A DNA stretch of 64,000 nucleotides from an uncultured Planctomycetales bacterium (GTDB lineage Bacteria > Omnitrophota > Gorgyraeia > Zapsychrales > GWA2-47-8). Position 1 is the stretch's first letter. Every line of letters begins with the position of its first letter. Of this stretch, positions 29,085 to 40,276 are shown piece by piece. A program made the translations under genes and the position numbers. The stretch covers positions 4,011-68,010 of the forward strand of contig CAZCLW010000006.1 of NCBI GenBank assembly GCA_964499685.1, read 5' to 3'. Below the pieces are notes generated by a model. That model made no database searches, was not told where the DNA came from, and was given only the letters and a program-made list of their open reading frames with translations.

Positions 29085-30419
29085 CTATAAAATATTGTCC
29101 TTTTTCCAAAGATATTCATGGGTCTCTTGGACGATAACTTTATGCAGGACCAATAATGAGATCAGATTCGGGATGGCCATCAAGGCGTTGGTGATGTCCG
29201 CTAACGACCAGACGATCGGCAAAGTAGCTACGGACCCAACCATGACTGCCGCCACCCAAAACCAGCGGTAAACCGGCACGGCTTTTTCTCCCCACAAATA
29301 TTCGACCGCCTTTTCACCATAATAGGACCAACCTAAAATGGTGGAAAATACAAAAGTGAGCAAGCCCACAGTCAATATGATCGGACCGATACCGGGGATC
29401 GCTGAAAAAACCTGCTTGGTCAAGGCCGCCCCATTAAGCCCTTGTGTCCATGCGCCTGAATTTACTAAGACCAATCCGGTTATGGCGCAAACCACGACAG
29501 TGTCCCAGAATGTTCCGGTAGCTGAAACCAAGGCTTGGCGAACCGGATTTTTTGTCTGGGCCGCGGCCGCTACAATGGGCGCGCTTCCTAAACCCGACTC
29601 ATTGGAAAAAAGTCCGCGCGCGATACCAAAGCGGACCGCTTCCTTCATTCCAGCCCCCAAAAAACCTCCGACAGCCGCCTGACCACTAAAGGCTGATTTC
29701 AAAATGAGCATAAAGGAATCAGGGATAGTCTGCCAATGCATCGCCAGCAGAACAAGGCAACCGGCCACATAAAATAGGGCCATAAAAGGAACCAAACTTT
29801 CGCAGGTGCGCGCAATGGATTTAATCCCCCCTAAAATGACAACGGCCGTAAAAAAAGTAATGGTCGCTCCCGTCACCCATGGAGATATGTTAAAACTTTC
29901 TTTGGCAAGATTGGCGATAGAATTCGCCTGTACCATATTGCCGATCCCGAACGCCGCAATCGATGTAAAAAAAGCAAACACAACGCCCAGCCATCTGCAT
30001 TTCATGCCGTGTTCCAGGACATACATGGGGCCGCCGGCCATTTGTCCTTGCTTATTGATCGTACGGTACTTAACAGAGAGTAATGCCTCGGAATATTTTG
30101 TGGCGATACCAAAAACGCCGGTCAGCCACATCCAAAACACGGCGCCCGGACCGCCGGAGGCAATAGCCGTTGCAACGCCGACAATGTTACCGGTACCGAT
30201 CGTGGCGGCTAAGGCCGTCGTCAGGGCGCCGAATTGACTGACATCGCCCTCACCCTCCCGCCCTCTGACCAACGAAATCTTTATGGCATAGGGAATATAA
30301 CGCTGAATAAGCCGAAGTCTAAAACAAAGAAAAATATGAGTCCCAAAAAGCAGCAACAGCATGGGCGGGCCCCAGGCGAGATTACTTATCACGCCGAGGA
30401 TTCGTTCAATACTTTCCAT
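29085..30419 (-). CDS. agcS: Alanine/glycine:cation symporter (AGCS family)
   Basis: 444-aa polytopic protein with AGCS family signatures. Confidence 0.85.
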   Translation of the reverse strand: MESIERILGVISNLAWGPPMLLLLFGTHIFLCFRLRLIQRYIPYAIKISLVRGREGEGDVSQFGALTTALAATIGTGNIVGVATAIASGGPGAVFWMWLTGVFGIATKYSEALLSVKYRTINKQGQMAGGPMYVLEHGMKCRWLGVVFAFFTSIAAFGIGNMVQANSIANLAKESFNISPWVTGATITFFTAVVILGGIKSIARTCESLVPFMALFYVAGCLVLLAMHWQTIPDSFMLILKSAFSGQAAVGGFLGAGMKEAVRFGIARGLFSNESGLGSAPIVAAAAQTKNPVRQALVSATGTFWDTVVVCAITGLVLVNSGAWTQGLNGAALTKQVFSAIPGIGPIILTVGLLTFVFSTILGWSYYGEKAVEYLWGEKAVPVYRWFWVAAVMVGSVATLPIVWSLADITNALMAIPNLISLLVLHKVIVQETHEYLWKKDNIL

Positions 30420-30449
30420 TCATTCTCCCTGGTTGCAGTAATCGAAAGT

Positions 30450-30737
30450 CTACTTGTATTTGTTCATCAACTGGTCGAATTGGTCCACTGGGATGGCCGG
30501 TGACGTGGTAAAGGAAATCCCCGTCATCTTCGTTAAGGCGATGGAAACAACGCTCGCCTGGGCGGAACTGGGAAGGTTGACGATGAACACTAGATCATTA
30601 TTCCCTAAAAGAGCGTAAACCGACTTGACCCGGCCGCCCAACTCCTGGATCGTATTGACGGCCTTGCGAGTCCTTTCGGGGCTTACTTTCTTAAGTGCGT
30701 CTGCCGTGTATTTTCCGAAAAGAAAAAATGTCTCCAT
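30450..30737 (-). CDS. GYD-domain protein
   Basis: 95 aa (METFFLFGKYTADALKK...). I moved the start to the ATG at 30735-30737, which has an AAGGAGG SD. The track's 30839 start adds 34 unlikely residues. Confidence 0.7.
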   Translation of the reverse strand: METFFLFGKYTADALKKVSPERTRKAVNTIQELGGRVKSVYALLGNNDLVFIVNLPSSAQASVVSIALTKMTGISFTTSPAIPVDQFDQLMNKYK

Positions 30738-30898
30738 GATGGCCTCCTTGTTTAATATTAATAGTATTGTACTCAACCGCAATAACTCCGACAAGTAAAA
30801 GTAATTATTTCTGCTTAATTCTTGACTTTGAATGTCCATTTGTTATCCTAATTTATAACTCTTCCATTTGTTGTTTCTAACGCTCAAGGAGACCTCGC

Positions 30899-32026
30899 AT
30901 GATTATCGGCATTCCCAAAGAAACTCATCCGGGTGAAACGCGTGTCCCTTTTATCCCCTCCTCTGTCGACCGGTTAGTCAAAAAAGGCGCTCAAATCATT
31001 ATTGAATCCGGCTTGGGCTCATCCATCGGCGCAAGCGATGATGATTACAAAAAAGCCGGGGCTTCCGTTTCCGACCGTCAAAATATTTTATCTAATTCCG
31101 ATATTCTCCTGCGACTACGCAAGCCTCCGGCTGAAGAGGTTTCCAAACTAAAAAAAGGCTCTCTCCATATAAGCTTTCTCGATCCATTCAATGAACGTAA
31201 CCTTGTCAACGAACTGGCCAAAAGCCAGATCAGCGCTATCAGCGTGGAGATGATCCCGCGTACGACCCGCGCACAGAAAATGGACGCCTTAAGCTCCCAG
31301 GCCAACCTCGGCGGCTATGTCAGCGTTGTTTTGGCCGCAGAACGTTTGACCAAAATTTTTCCTATGCTTATGACACCGGCCGGCACCATCACTCCGGCGC
31401 GTGTATTTATCATCGGTGCCGGTGTCGCAGGTTTACAGGCGATCGCCACGGCCAAGCGTCTTGGCGCGCGCGTTGAAGCTTTTGACACACGTCCAGTCGT
31501 CAAAGAACAAGTGCAATCCTTGGGCGCAAAATTCATCGAGATCGATCTGGGGGAAACCGGCCAAACCAAGGATGGTTATGCCAAGGCCTTGACCCCCGAG
31601 CAGATCGAAAAACAACGACAAGGTATGGCAAAAATTTGTTCTCAGTCCGATGTTGTCATCACGACTGCCCAGCTCTTCGGCCGCAAAGCCCCCATGCTTT
31701 TAACCAAAGACATGGTCGCTCAAATGAAACCCGGCAGTATCATTATTGACATGGCGGTTGAGACCGGCGGGAACGTTGAAGGTTCCAAGGTCAACGAGGA
31801 AGTCAACATCAACGGTGTCCGGATCATTGGTTTGGGGAATCTTCCGGGACGCGTTGCCGTGCATGCCAGCCAAATGTATTCCTCGAATCTCCACAACTTC
31901 CTGGAAGAATATTGGGATAAAGATGCCAAAACATTTAAATTGAACACGGAAGATGAGATTATCAAGGGCTGCCTTATCACGCATCAGGGCCAGATCATTA
32001 ACGAACAGATTAAAAACCTTAAATAA
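30899..32026 (+). CDS. pntAA: NAD(P) transhydrogenase subunit alpha part 1
   Basis: 375 aa, alanine-dehydrogenase-like dI domain (MIIGIPKETHPGETRV...). AAGGAG SD upstream. Confidence 0.9.
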   Translation: MIIGIPKETHPGETRVPFIPSSVDRLVKKGAQIIIESGLGSSIGASDDDYKKAGASVSDRQNILSNSDILLRLRKPPAEEVSKLKKGSLHISFLDPFNERNLVNELAKSQISAISVEMIPRTTRAQKMDALSSQANLGGYVSVVLAAERLTKIFPMLMTPAGTITPARVFIIGAGVAGLQAIATAKRLGARVEAFDTRPVVKEQVQSLGAKFIEIDLGETGQTKDGYAKALTPEQIEKQRQGMAKICSQSDVVITTAQLFGRKAPMLLTKDMVAQMKPGSIIIDMAVETGGNVEGSKVNEEVNINGVRIIGLGNLPGRVAVHASQMYSSNLHNFLEEYWDKDAKTFKLNTEDEIIKGCLITHQGQIINEQIKNLK

Positions 32027-32036
32027 TGAGGTATAT

Positions 32037-32351
32037 ATGGAAACTCAATTGGATGCCATAACACTGATCGACTTGGTCTTTCTGTTTGTTATTGCCATAT
32101 TTTTGGGAGTTGAGCTTATTTCAAAAGTCCCTTCCATTCTTCACACGCCGCTGATGTCCGGTTCAAATGCGATCTCCGGCATCACGATAGTGGGCGCCAT
32201 CCTGGCCACGGGCCTCACCCCCGGCAGCATTTTCTGCACGGTTTTGGGCGTTATGGCAACAGCCTTTGCCACGGTCAATGTGGTCGGCGGCTACCTTGTC
32301 ACGGACCGCATGCTCGGTATGTTCAAAACTAAAACGGGAGGCCAAAAGTGA
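32037..32351 (+). CDS. pntAB: NAD(P) transhydrogenase subunit alpha part 2 (membrane)
   Basis: 104 aa with 3-4 TM helices. I chose the ATG at 32037; the track's earlier start at 31953 overlaps pntAA. Confidence 0.8.
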   Translation: METQLDAITLIDLVFLFVIAIFLGVELISKVPSILHTPLMSGSNAISGITIVGAILATGLTPGSIFCTVLGVMATAFATVNVVGGYLVTDRMLGMFKTKTGGQK

Positions 32352-33730
32352 ATTTATCCGTCGTGATCAACATAATTTACATCGTGGCTTCCATCCTGTT
32401 TGTTACCGGCATAAAAAGATTGAGCTCACCGGCCACGGCCCGCAATGCGAATATGCTTTCGGCATTGGGCATGTTTTTGGCCGTGGTGGCGACCCTTTTA
32501 ACAAAGGGCCTTGAGTTTCAATGGATTATCTTGGGCGTTGCCATTGGGACGGGCATCGGCATTATTATTGCCCTCCGGGTCGCGATGACTGCTATGCCGC
32601 AAATGGTCGCTTTATTGAACGGTTCCGGCGGCCTGGCCAGCTTGCTGGTCGGCTGGTCGACGTATCACTATCAACCGGAAGCCTCTTTGCTAACTTCCAT
32701 CAGCACGTATTTGGCGGTGCTTATCGGCGGCGTTACTTTTACGGGGAGTGTTATTGCCTGGGCAAAACTTCAGGAGGTTATGACCGGAAAACCGATCCTG
32801 TTTAAGGGGCAGAATATTGTCAACTCTCTTCTGCTGCTTGTTCTCTTGGGGAGCGGTATTGTCTATTGCATGAACCCTGCCGGTAATTATAACCTTTTTA
32901 TTATTGTTATGGTGCTTTCGCTTATCTTGGGCGTTATGGTGGTCATCCCAATCGGCGGCGCGGATATGCCGGTCGTTATCTCCCTTTTAAACAGCTATTC
33001 AGGTATGGCTGCCTGTGCAACCGGCTTTGTCATTATCAACAGTATGCTAATCGTCACCGGTTCTCTAGTGGGCGCCAGTGGTCTTATTCTCACGCAGATC
33101 ATGTGTAAAGCCATGAACCGTTCGCTGGCCAATGTCCTCTTTAGCGGGTTCGGAGCGGTAACGCAAAAAACCGGCACAGGCGTTAAGGGCGAAGTAAAGC
33201 CCCTTAAGCCGGAAGATGCCTACCTTATCCTGGAATCAGCGCGTTCAGTCGTTTTTGTTCCTGGATACGGCCTGGCTGTTGCCCAAGCTCAGCACGTTTT
33301 GCGGGAATTAGGGGAATTGTTGGAAAAAAATGGCGCGGAAGTACGCTATGCGATCCACCCCGTTGCCGGCCGCATGCCCGGACACATGAATGTCCTTTTA
33401 GCAGAGGCCAATGTTTCGTACGATCAACTTGTTGAAATGGACAATATAAATCCCACCATGGAAACCGTGGATGTGTGCGTGGTCATCGGCGCCAATGACG
33501 TCGTTAATCCGGCCGCCCGACACGATAAATCCAGCCCCATCTACGGTATGCCTATCATCAATGCGGACAAAGCTAAGACGGTTTTTGTCCTCAAACGCTC
33601 CATGGCGACCGGTTTCGCGGGGATCGAAAATGAGCTGTTCTATTTCGAGAACACGCGCATGATCTTCGGCGATGCCAAAGCCACTCTTCAGTCCCTGGTA
33701 GCGGAATTCAAAGAAAGCGCAAAAAAATAA
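32348..33730 (+). CDS. pntB: NAD(P) transhydrogenase subunit beta
   Basis: 460 aa with a membrane dII domain and a C-terminal NADP(H)-binding dIII domain. The GTG start overlaps the pntAB stop. Confidence 0.9.
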   Translation: MNLSVVINIIYIVASILFVTGIKRLSSPATARNANMLSALGMFLAVVATLLTKGLEFQWIILGVAIGTGIGIIIALRVAMTAMPQMVALLNGSGGLASLLVGWSTYHYQPEASLLTSISTYLAVLIGGVTFTGSVIAWAKLQEVMTGKPILFKGQNIVNSLLLLVLLGSGIVYCMNPAGNYNLFIIVMVLSLILGVMVVIPIGGADMPVVISLLNSYSGMAACATGFVIINSMLIVTGSLVGASGLILTQIMCKAMNRSLANVLFSGFGAVTQKTGTGVKGEVKPLKPEDAYLILESARSVVFVPGYGLAVAQAQHVLRELGELLEKNGAEVRYAIHPVAGRMPGHMNVLLAEANVSYDQLVEMDNINPTMETVDVCVVIGANDVVNPAARHDKSSPIYGMPIINADKAKTVFVLKRSMATGFAGIENELFYFENTRMIFGDAKATLQSLVAEFKESAKK

Positions 33731-33747
33731 AAGGAAATAAACCGAAT

Positions 33748-34116
33748 TTAGGTGAGTCTGGCTTTACGACCAGATGCGTATGATTTGGCACGTCGCGGTT
33801 TTGGTTTAAAACCGGAAAATTTTACCCCGACCAGATAATAAGCTGCAGTCTTCTTCCTTTCGGTGCGGACAACCTTGGCAAAGCCGTTGTAGATATCCAA
33901 AACCCCTGACATAACCACCTTTACTTCCAGCATGTCACCGGGCCTAAAGGCATGTTCGGAAAGAAATGAAAGGCCGGAAACGCTCATGTCCTGCGTCGTG
34001 GACAAGAACCACTCGTGGTTCTTAGCGCCTTTGTGTTTGGCTAGCCTATATTGAATACTCAAGATCCGCTTGGCGCGGATTCCATGGCGACGTTCTTCTA
34101 CAGCCTGCTTTACCAT
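33748..34116 (-). CDS. PilZ-domain protein (putative c-di-GMP receptor)
   Basis: RxxxR...D/NxSxxG-like PilZ motifs (RRHGIRAKR ... DMSVSGLSF). I chose the ATG at 34114-34116, which has an AAGGAGA SD. Confidence 0.6.
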   Translation of the reverse strand: MVKQAVEERRHGIRAKRILSIQYRLAKHKGAKNHEWFLSTTQDMSVSGLSFLSEHAFRPGDMLEVKVVMSGVLDIYNGFAKVVRTERKKTAAYYLVGVKFSGFKPKPRRAKSYASGRKARLT

Positions 34117-34148
34117 CCTATTCTCCTTGTCCCGCCAACGGCGGGGTT

Positions 34149-35249
34149 TTATAAAGGGCTCCATGGCATATTGAATGCTTCGGCCACCTCTTTAATGACC
34201 AGTTTGCCATCGATCATGTTCAGAGCCCGTTGCAGCTCATAGGAATGCGTTAAAACACCTTTGTATCCCTCGTCTGCTAACATAAGAATATATGGAAGCG
34301 TTGCATTCGTCAAGGCATATGTGCTGGTCCTTGCCACCGCCCCCGGCATGTTCGTAACACAATAGTGGACAACACCATCCACCACATAGGTGGGATTATC
34401 GTGAGTCGTGGGACGACTGGTCTCAAAGGAGCCGCCCTGATCGATGGCCACATCCACCACAACTGCCCCTTCTTTCATCTGCGAAACCGTCTTTTTGTCC
34501 ACCAAACAGGGGGATTTGGCCCCGCGTTTGAGTATGCTGCTGATAACAAGATCGGCCTTGAGCACCGATTCTTTTATCGTATGATCGTTACTCATCAGTG
34601 TATGGACATTCGGCGGCATAATCTCATCTAAATACCTCAAACGGTTCAAGTTAGTGTCTAAAACCGTTACATTGGCCCCCAATCCAGCTGCCATCTTGCA
34701 AGCATTGGAACCGACAACCCCGGCGCCCAAAATAACCACTTCGGCCGGCGCAACGCCGGGGACACCGCCCAAAAGGATCCCGCGGCCTTTCATAGGTTCT
34801 TCCAAATACTTAGCCCCCTCATGAACCGCCATCCGGCCGGCTACCTCGCTCATGGGCGTCAGGCAAGGCAGCTCGCCTTCCGCAGTCTGTAAAGTCTCAT
34901 ACGCGAAAGCAATGATCTTGCGCTTGAGCATGGCCTCGGTCAACTGCCGGTCAGCGGCAAAATGGAAGTAAGTAAAAACGATCTGTCCCGGTCGCAAAAG
35001 ACCATATTCCTCGGGAAGCGGTTCCTTGATCTTGACGATCATATCAGCTTTAGCGTAGATCTCCTGCGCAGAAGCCACGATCTTCGCCCCGGAGGCAAAG
35101 TATTTCTCATCCTTGATACCGCTCCCGGTTCCGGCCTCGGACTGCACTAAAATTTGATGACCGGACCTCTTAAGAAGCTCCACACCGACAGGCAAAATGG
35201 AGACACGATGCTCGTTGTTCTTAATTTCTTTTGGGATACCGACTATCAT
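34149..35249 (-). CDS. ald: Alanine dehydrogenase
   Basis: 366 aa, MIVGIPKEIKNNEHRV..., and an NAD Rossmann VVILGAGVVG. Confidence 0.9.
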   Translation of the reverse strand: MIVGIPKEIKNNEHRVSILPVGVELLKRSGHQILVQSEAGTGSGIKDEKYFASGAKIVASAQEIYAKADMIVKIKEPLPEEYGLLRPGQIVFTYFHFAADRQLTEAMLKRKIIAFAYETLQTAEGELPCLTPMSEVAGRMAVHEGAKYLEEPMKGRGILLGGVPGVAPAEVVILGAGVVGSNACKMAAGLGANVTVLDTNLNRLRYLDEIMPPNVHTLMSNDHTIKESVLKADLVISSILKRGAKSPCLVDKKTVSQMKEGAVVVDVAIDQGGSFETSRPTTHDNPTYVVDGVVHYCVTNMPGAVARTSTYALTNATLPYILMLADEGYKGVLTHSYELQRALNMIDGKLVIKEVAEAFNMPWSPL

Positions 35250-35261
35250 AAGATTTTTGGA

Positions 35262-36674
35262 TTATTTTTGCGGCCGTATCATCTTTTCGGGGCGAACCAA
35301 GCGGTCGAACTCTTTGGCCGTAAGCAACCCCAAACCGACTGCGGCTTCTTTTAAGGTGGTATTTTCACGATGGGCTTTTTTCGCTACCTTGGCGGCGTTG
35401 TCGTATCCAATGCGAGGATTTAAGGCTGTGACCAGCATGAGGGATTTTTCCACATTTTTTCGGATATTCTCGCGGTTGGGCTTAATGCCCACAACACATT
35501 TATCCGTAAAACTAACACACGCGTCGGAGATCAGCCGGATGGATTGCAGGACATTATAGATCGTGACCGGCTTATAAACATTCAATTCAAAATTGCCGCT
35601 TGCTCCGCCGAATGTAACGGAAACGTCATTGCCGAACACTTCCACGCATACCATGGTCACCGCTTCACATTGAGTGGGATTGACTTTCCCCGGCATAATG
35701 GAACTGCCGGGCTCATTGTCCGGAAAAGTTATCTCGCCGAGCCCGCAACGCGGGCCTGAGGCCAGCCAGCGGATGTCATTGGCGATCTTCATCAGCGAAA
35801 CGGCGAGTGTCTTCATGGCCCCGCTTAGCTCGACCAAAGCATCCTGGGTAGCCAGCGATTCAAATTTATTCGGGGCGCTTACAAAGCGGTACCCGGTCAA
35901 TTGTGCGAGCTTTCTGGCTGTTTTTTGGGCGAATTGGGGGTGCGTGTTAAGGCCGGTCCCGACGGCTGTTCCGCCGATCGCCAATTCATACACGCGCGGC
36001 AAGGCGCATTTGATGCGTTTTAAACCGTTATCCAACTGCTGGACATATCCGGAAAATTCCTGACCCAAGGTAAGCGGTGTGGCATCCATTAAATGTGTCC
36101 GGCCGATCTTGATGATCTTCCGGAACTCTCTGCTCTTTTTGGCCAAGGCGTTGCGGAGCTTAATGACCGCCGGAATGAGCTGTTCGTTTACTTCCATAGC
36201 GGCCGCGATATGCATGGCCGTCGGAAAGGTATCATTGGAAGATTGGGCCTTATTGACATCGTCATTGGGGTGGATCGGCTTTTTGCTTCCCATTTTTCCG
36301 CCGGACATCTGGATCGCACGGTTGGCAATGACCTCATTGACATTCATATTAGTCTGCGTTCCGCTTCCGGTCTGCCAAACAACGAGCGGAAAATGATCAT
36401 CAAGTTTCCCCTCGATCACTTCCTGGGCCGCACGCACAATAAGATTGGCCTTATTGGCGGGAAGGAGCCCCAGTTCCTTGTTGACCAACGCAGCCGCCTT
36501 CTTTAATATGCCGAAGGCGCGTATCAACTCCAGCGGCATACGTTCTTTTCCAATGCGGAAATTCATTAACGATCGCGCGGTCTGCGCGCCGTAATATTTA
36601 TCATTGGGGACCTTGACCCGCCCCATGCTGTCTGTTTCGATACGGTATTTCATTTCTTCCCTTGTTCCATCCAA
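35262..36674 (-). CDS. fumC: Class II fumarate hydratase
   Basis: The [16 protein letters not shown] signature sits in a FumC-type context ([22 protein letters not shown]), which distinguishes it from aspartase. Confidence 0.85.
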   Translation of the reverse strand: MDGTREEMKYRIETDSMGRVKVPNDKYYGAQTARSLMNFRIGKERMPLELIRAFGILKKAAALVNKELGLLPANKANLIVRAAQEVIEGKLDDHFPLVVWQTGSGTQTNMNVNEVIANRAIQMSGGKMGSKKPIHPNDDVNKAQSSNDTFPTAMHIAAAMEVNEQLIPAVIKLRNALAKKSREFRKIIKIGRTHLMDATPLTLGQEFSGYVQQLDNGLKRIKCALPRVYELAIGGTAVGTGLNTHPQFAQKTARKLAQLTGYRFVSAPNKFESLATQDALVELSGAMKTLAVSLMKIANDIRWLASGPRCGLGEITFPDNEPGSSIMPGKVNPTQCEAVTMVCVEVFGNDVSVTFGGASGNFELNVYKPVTIYNVLQSIRLISDACVSFTDKCVVGIKPNRENIRKNVEKSLMLVTALNPRIGYDNAAKVAKKAHRENTTLKEAAVGLGLLTAKEFDRLVRPEKMIRPQK

Positions 36675-37402
36675 TTCTTTATCAAATCGATCGGGAGCGG
36701 AAAGATCGTTGTTGTATTGTTTTCTTTTCCGATTTCAACCAATGTCTGTAAGTAACGCAGCTGAATGGCGGCCGGTTGTTTTTGCAGCATTTCTGCGGCC
36801 TGTGTGATCTTGGCGGCGGCCTGGAATTCACCTTCGGCCGCAATGACTTTGGCCCGGCGTTCGCGTTCGGCCTCGGCCTGACGGGCCATGGCACGGCGAA
36901 GCTCTTCGGAAATATCAACGTGCTTTACTTCCACATTCGAGACCTTAACGCCCCACGGGTCGGTCTGCTTATCAAGAATGGTCTGGAGCTTTTCATTGAT
37001 CTTCTCCCGGCTGGACAAAAGTTCATCCAGCTCGGATTCACCCAGAACACTACGCAAAGTGGTTTGGGACATTTGGGATGTGGCATAGTCGAAATTCTGA
37101 ACGGCAATAATTGCCTTGATCGGGTCAAGAATACGATAATAGACGACGGCATTCACCTTCGCCGAAACGTTGTCTTTAGTGATGATATCCTGCGGAGGAA
37201 CATCCAGGGCGATCAGCCGCAGGCTCACAACGACGGCCTTCTCGATCGGCCAGAGAACAAAGGTCAATCCCGGCCCCCTGGGCTTTTCCTGGACGCGGCC
37301 AAGCTGAAAAATAACCGCGCGCTCGTATTCATTGAGGATCTTAATGCTGTTGAAAACCCACATGGCAAGAATGAAAAGTAGAAATAAATAGGGCGTGATC
37401 AT
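36650..37402 (-). CDS. SPFH/band-7 (stomatin-like) protein
   Basis: 250 aa with an N-terminal TM helix, an SPFH domain and a C-terminal coiled coil. Confidence 0.85.
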   Translation of the reverse strand: MITPYLFLLFILAMWVFNSIKILNEYERAVIFQLGRVQEKPRGPGLTFVLWPIEKAVVVSLRLIALDVPPQDIITKDNVSAKVNAVVYYRILDPIKAIIAVQNFDYATSQMSQTTLRSVLGESELDELLSSREKINEKLQTILDKQTDPWGVKVSNVEVKHVDISEELRRAMARQAEAERERRAKVIAAEGEFQAAAKITQAAEMLQKQPAAIQLRYLQTLVEIGKENNTTTIFPLPIDLIKNWMEQGKK

Positions 37403-37417
37403 GGCAGTCTCCTTATG

Positions 37418-38791
37418 CTATGCTTTTTTTACCTTCAATGTCAGGCCGTCAATGCTCTCAACCTGAATTTTAGCGCCTTTAGGAATACTGGTATCGGCAA
37501 CGGCATTCCAAAGCTCTCCCTGAACAAAAACCTTTCCTTCATGTTCCTTCGAGATCGAAGACCTGACTATTCCCTTCTCTCCGATCAAGCCTTCTTGTCC
37601 GCCTTTGGCCCTTTTCCGGTGCGTGCGTATTACGGCACCCACCAGCAAGAGCGTTATCCCAGCGGTTGCGGCAGTTGCCGAGAAAATGACCGACAATGAC
37701 ACGCGCATGATAGGCACCGGAGAATCGAACAACAGCATGGACCCCAAGATCAGTGAAACCAATCCACCAACGGCAAACAGACCGAATCCAGGCGTGATGG
37801 CCTCGGCAATGAGTAGAAATATTCCTAAACCGATAAGCGCCAGCGCGGCATAATTCGTGGGCAAAGCCTGCATGCTGAAAAAAGCCAACACCATAAATAT
37901 TATACCTAAAATACCCGGGATCCCAAAGCCGGGATGAGTGATTTCGTAAAGAAGACCGTAAAATCCCAGAATAAGAAGAATGTAGGCGATATTAGGATTG
38001 GCTAAAATATTGAAGAATTTTTGACGCTGGTCCATTTCGACCACTTTAACGGTCGCTTCCTTTGTGTTTAGCGTGACAGGCTTTCCTTTGATGTCCACGG
38101 TGCGCCCGTCCAATTTGACAAGAAGATCTTGTGTGTCGCTGGCAATGATCTCGACAACGCCTATTTCTTTCGCTTCTGATTCCGTAATCGATGAGCTCTC
38201 CGTCACACTTTTTACCGCCCATTCCGCGTTGCGATTGCGTTGTTTGGCCATTGTTTTAATAAAGGCGACGGTATCATTAAGGATCTTACTGCTCATGGGG
38301 TCATCATCTTTTTCTGCATCTTTTTGCGCTGTGCTGTCGCTACTTTCCTGCCCCTTCTCTGACTCCGGCTCCTCGGACCACGAATCTCGTCGATTGGGCC
38401 CACCCATCTGGACAGGATGGGCCGCGCCGATATTTGTCGTGGGTGCCATGGCGGCAATATGGCTGGCATAGGTAATGAACACCCCGGCCGAACCAGCCCT
38501 GGCCCCGCTGGGCGCGATATAAACAACGACCGGTATATCGGAGGATAGGATTTTGCGTACGATAGAACGCGTTGAGGCCAGCAGCCCGCCGGGCGTGTCC
38601 AGCGTAATGATAAGGCATTGAGCGTTGTCGGCTGTCGCTTTATCAATGGCTTCACTGATATACTCAACGGTTATAGGATTTATGGTATCGTCTTGGAGGC
38701 GGATCTCATAAACAGTCTCGGCCCGGGCAATGGTAGCAAAACCAAAAAGGATGAGAAAAAAAGAAAAGGCGAGCTTTATAACCTTCAACAT
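37418..38791 (-). CDS. NfeD-family membrane-bound serine protease (stomatin operon partner protein)
   Basis: 457 aa with a signal peptide, a ClpP-like protease domain, central TM helices and a C-terminal OB-fold domain. It lies directly upstream of the SPFH gene. Confidence 0.8.
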   Translation of the reverse strand: MLKVIKLAFSFFLILFGFATIARAETVYEIRLQDDTINPITVEYISEAIDKATADNAQCLIITLDTPGGLLASTRSIVRKILSSDIPVVVYIAPSGARAGSAGVFITYASHIAAMAPTTNIGAAHPVQMGGPNRRDSWSEEPESEKGQESSDSTAQKDAEKDDDPMSSKILNDTVAFIKTMAKQRNRNAEWAVKSVTESSSITESEAKEIGVVEIIASDTQDLLVKLDGRTVDIKGKPVTLNTKEATVKVVEMDQRQKFFNILANPNIAYILLILGFYGLLYEITHPGFGIPGILGIIFMVLAFFSMQALPTNYAALALIGLGIFLLIAEAITPGFGLFAVGGLVSLILGSMLLFDSPVPIMRVSLSVIFSATAATAGITLLLVGAVIRTHRKRAKGGQEGLIGEKGIVRSSISKEHEGKVFVQGELWNAVADTSIPKGAKIQVESIDGLTLKVKKA

Positions 38792-38795
38792 CGGC

Positions 38796-40253
38796 TTAAT
38801 TTTCCTTTAAATATTCGGTCAGCAGACGTACACCAAAGCCTGTTGCGCCGAATCCATAATACAGCCGACCGGCGCTCTCCACATACGCGGTCCCGGCAAT
38901 GTCCAAATGGACCCAGGGCGTATCTTGAGTGAATTGACGCAAAAATTCGGCGGCGGTCAGAGTTCCGGCGGCTCCTTTTCCTAGACCGACATTCTTGATA
39001 TCCGCATATTGCGACTTGATATATTCTTTCATTTGCGGATACGACGGCAGGCGCCAGGCGCGATCATCCGATTCATTGGAAGCGTGAATAACTTCCCGGG
39101 CAAAATCATCATTATTGGACACAAGGCCGCAATAATCATACCCAAGCGCAACAACACAGGCGCCCGTTAAAGTGGCGATATCAATGATCCGGGCAGGCTT
39201 GTAATTTTTGACCAGATAGGCGATCGCATCCGCCAGGACTAAACGGCCCTCGGCATCGGTATTGCCGATCTCGACCGTCTTCCCGCCATAACCTTTATAA
39301 ACATCGCCCGGTTTGTAAGCCCGTGAACCGATCGCATTTTCAGCGATCCCAACGGCAAAGATGATGTTCTTTTTTAGCCTAAGGGAGACGACATTCTTTA
39401 ACGCCCCGACGACCGCTGCCGCTCCGCTCATGTCCGTCCGCATGGTCTCAATATGGCCGGTCGGCTTTAAATTCAGTCCGCCCGTATCAAAGGTCATCCC
39501 CTTACCGACGACAGCCGTGTAATTTTGGCGCGAAGGATCGCCGGTGTATTTAACGATGATCAGTTTCGGTTCCTTTTGGCTCCCCTTGTTCACGGCCAGA
39601 TGCAGGTCCAGGCCTTTTTGAGTAAGCTCCCTTTTATTGAGGACCTCTAATTTCGCATTCTTGTGGCCCTGGATCAATTTACGGATGACCGATTCAATGT
39701 GCGTCGATGTCACGACGTCCGCATTGTCATTGACCAGATCACGGGCCAGCGTAACGCCCTCGCACACGGCCACCATCTGCGCATAACCGGCCTTCGCGGG
39801 GGCAACAATGACCACATGCTTTTCCTTCGTTTGTTTCTCCTCAATCGGCGGGGTCATGTATTTTTTCCAGCCATAGGTACCGATCACATAACCTTCAATG
39901 ACCGCCTTGATTGTGCTTTCGGTGCTGTCATGCGGGATAATCTCTATATCTTTCTGCTTCTTCACAAAACCGGACAAAAAAGCCTTGCGCAGCGTAGTAC
40001 GCAGACCCGTGCCGTCGAGTTTTTTCAATTCGCCGATCCCGGCCAGAAGAACAAGATTTTTTTTGAGCGACACCGGAAACAACTCGCCATCCGCGCCGGT
40101 GAATTGCCGGTTGGAACTCAGCGAATTCACAATGGCACTGAGTTCACGGTGAGAAAAGTTATAATGTTTGCTTCTGACGTGATCTGAAGGGACAAGGACG
40201 ACAGAGATCCCCTTATCAAATTTTGCTTGTGACCTGAAGTTAATCACAGCCAA
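38796..40253 (-). CDS. pepA: Leucyl aminopeptidase (M17)
   Basis: NTDAEGRL signature and 485 aa. Confidence 0.9.
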   Translation of the reverse strand: MAVINFRSQAKFDKGISVVLVPSDHVRSKHYNFSHRELSAIVNSLSSNRQFTGADGELFPVSLKKNLVLLAGIGELKKLDGTGLRTTLRKAFLSGFVKKQKDIEIIPHDSTESTIKAVIEGYVIGTYGWKKYMTPPIEEKQTKEKHVVIVAPAKAGYAQMVAVCEGVTLARDLVNDNADVVTSTHIESVIRKLIQGHKNAKLEVLNKRELTQKGLDLHLAVNKGSQKEPKLIIVKYTGDPSRQNYTAVVGKGMTFDTGGLNLKPTGHIETMRTDMSGAAAVVGALKNVVSLRLKKNIIFAVGIAENAIGSRAYKPGDVYKGYGGKTVEIGNTDAEGRLVLADAIAYLVKNYKPARIIDIATLTGACVVALGYDYCGLVSNNDDFAREVIHASNESDDRAWRLPSYPQMKEYIKSQYADIKNVGLGKGAAGTLTAAEFLRQFTQDTPWVHLDIAGTAYVESAGRLYYGFGATGFGVRLLTEYLKEN

Positions 40254-40276
40254 CCCCTTTCCGGAATGTTTATGGA

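Noticed and set aside
35262-36674. Aspartate ammonia-lyase instead of fumarase
   Set aside because: The sequence matches FumC-specific regions ([38 protein letters not shown] in a FumC context) better than AspA.
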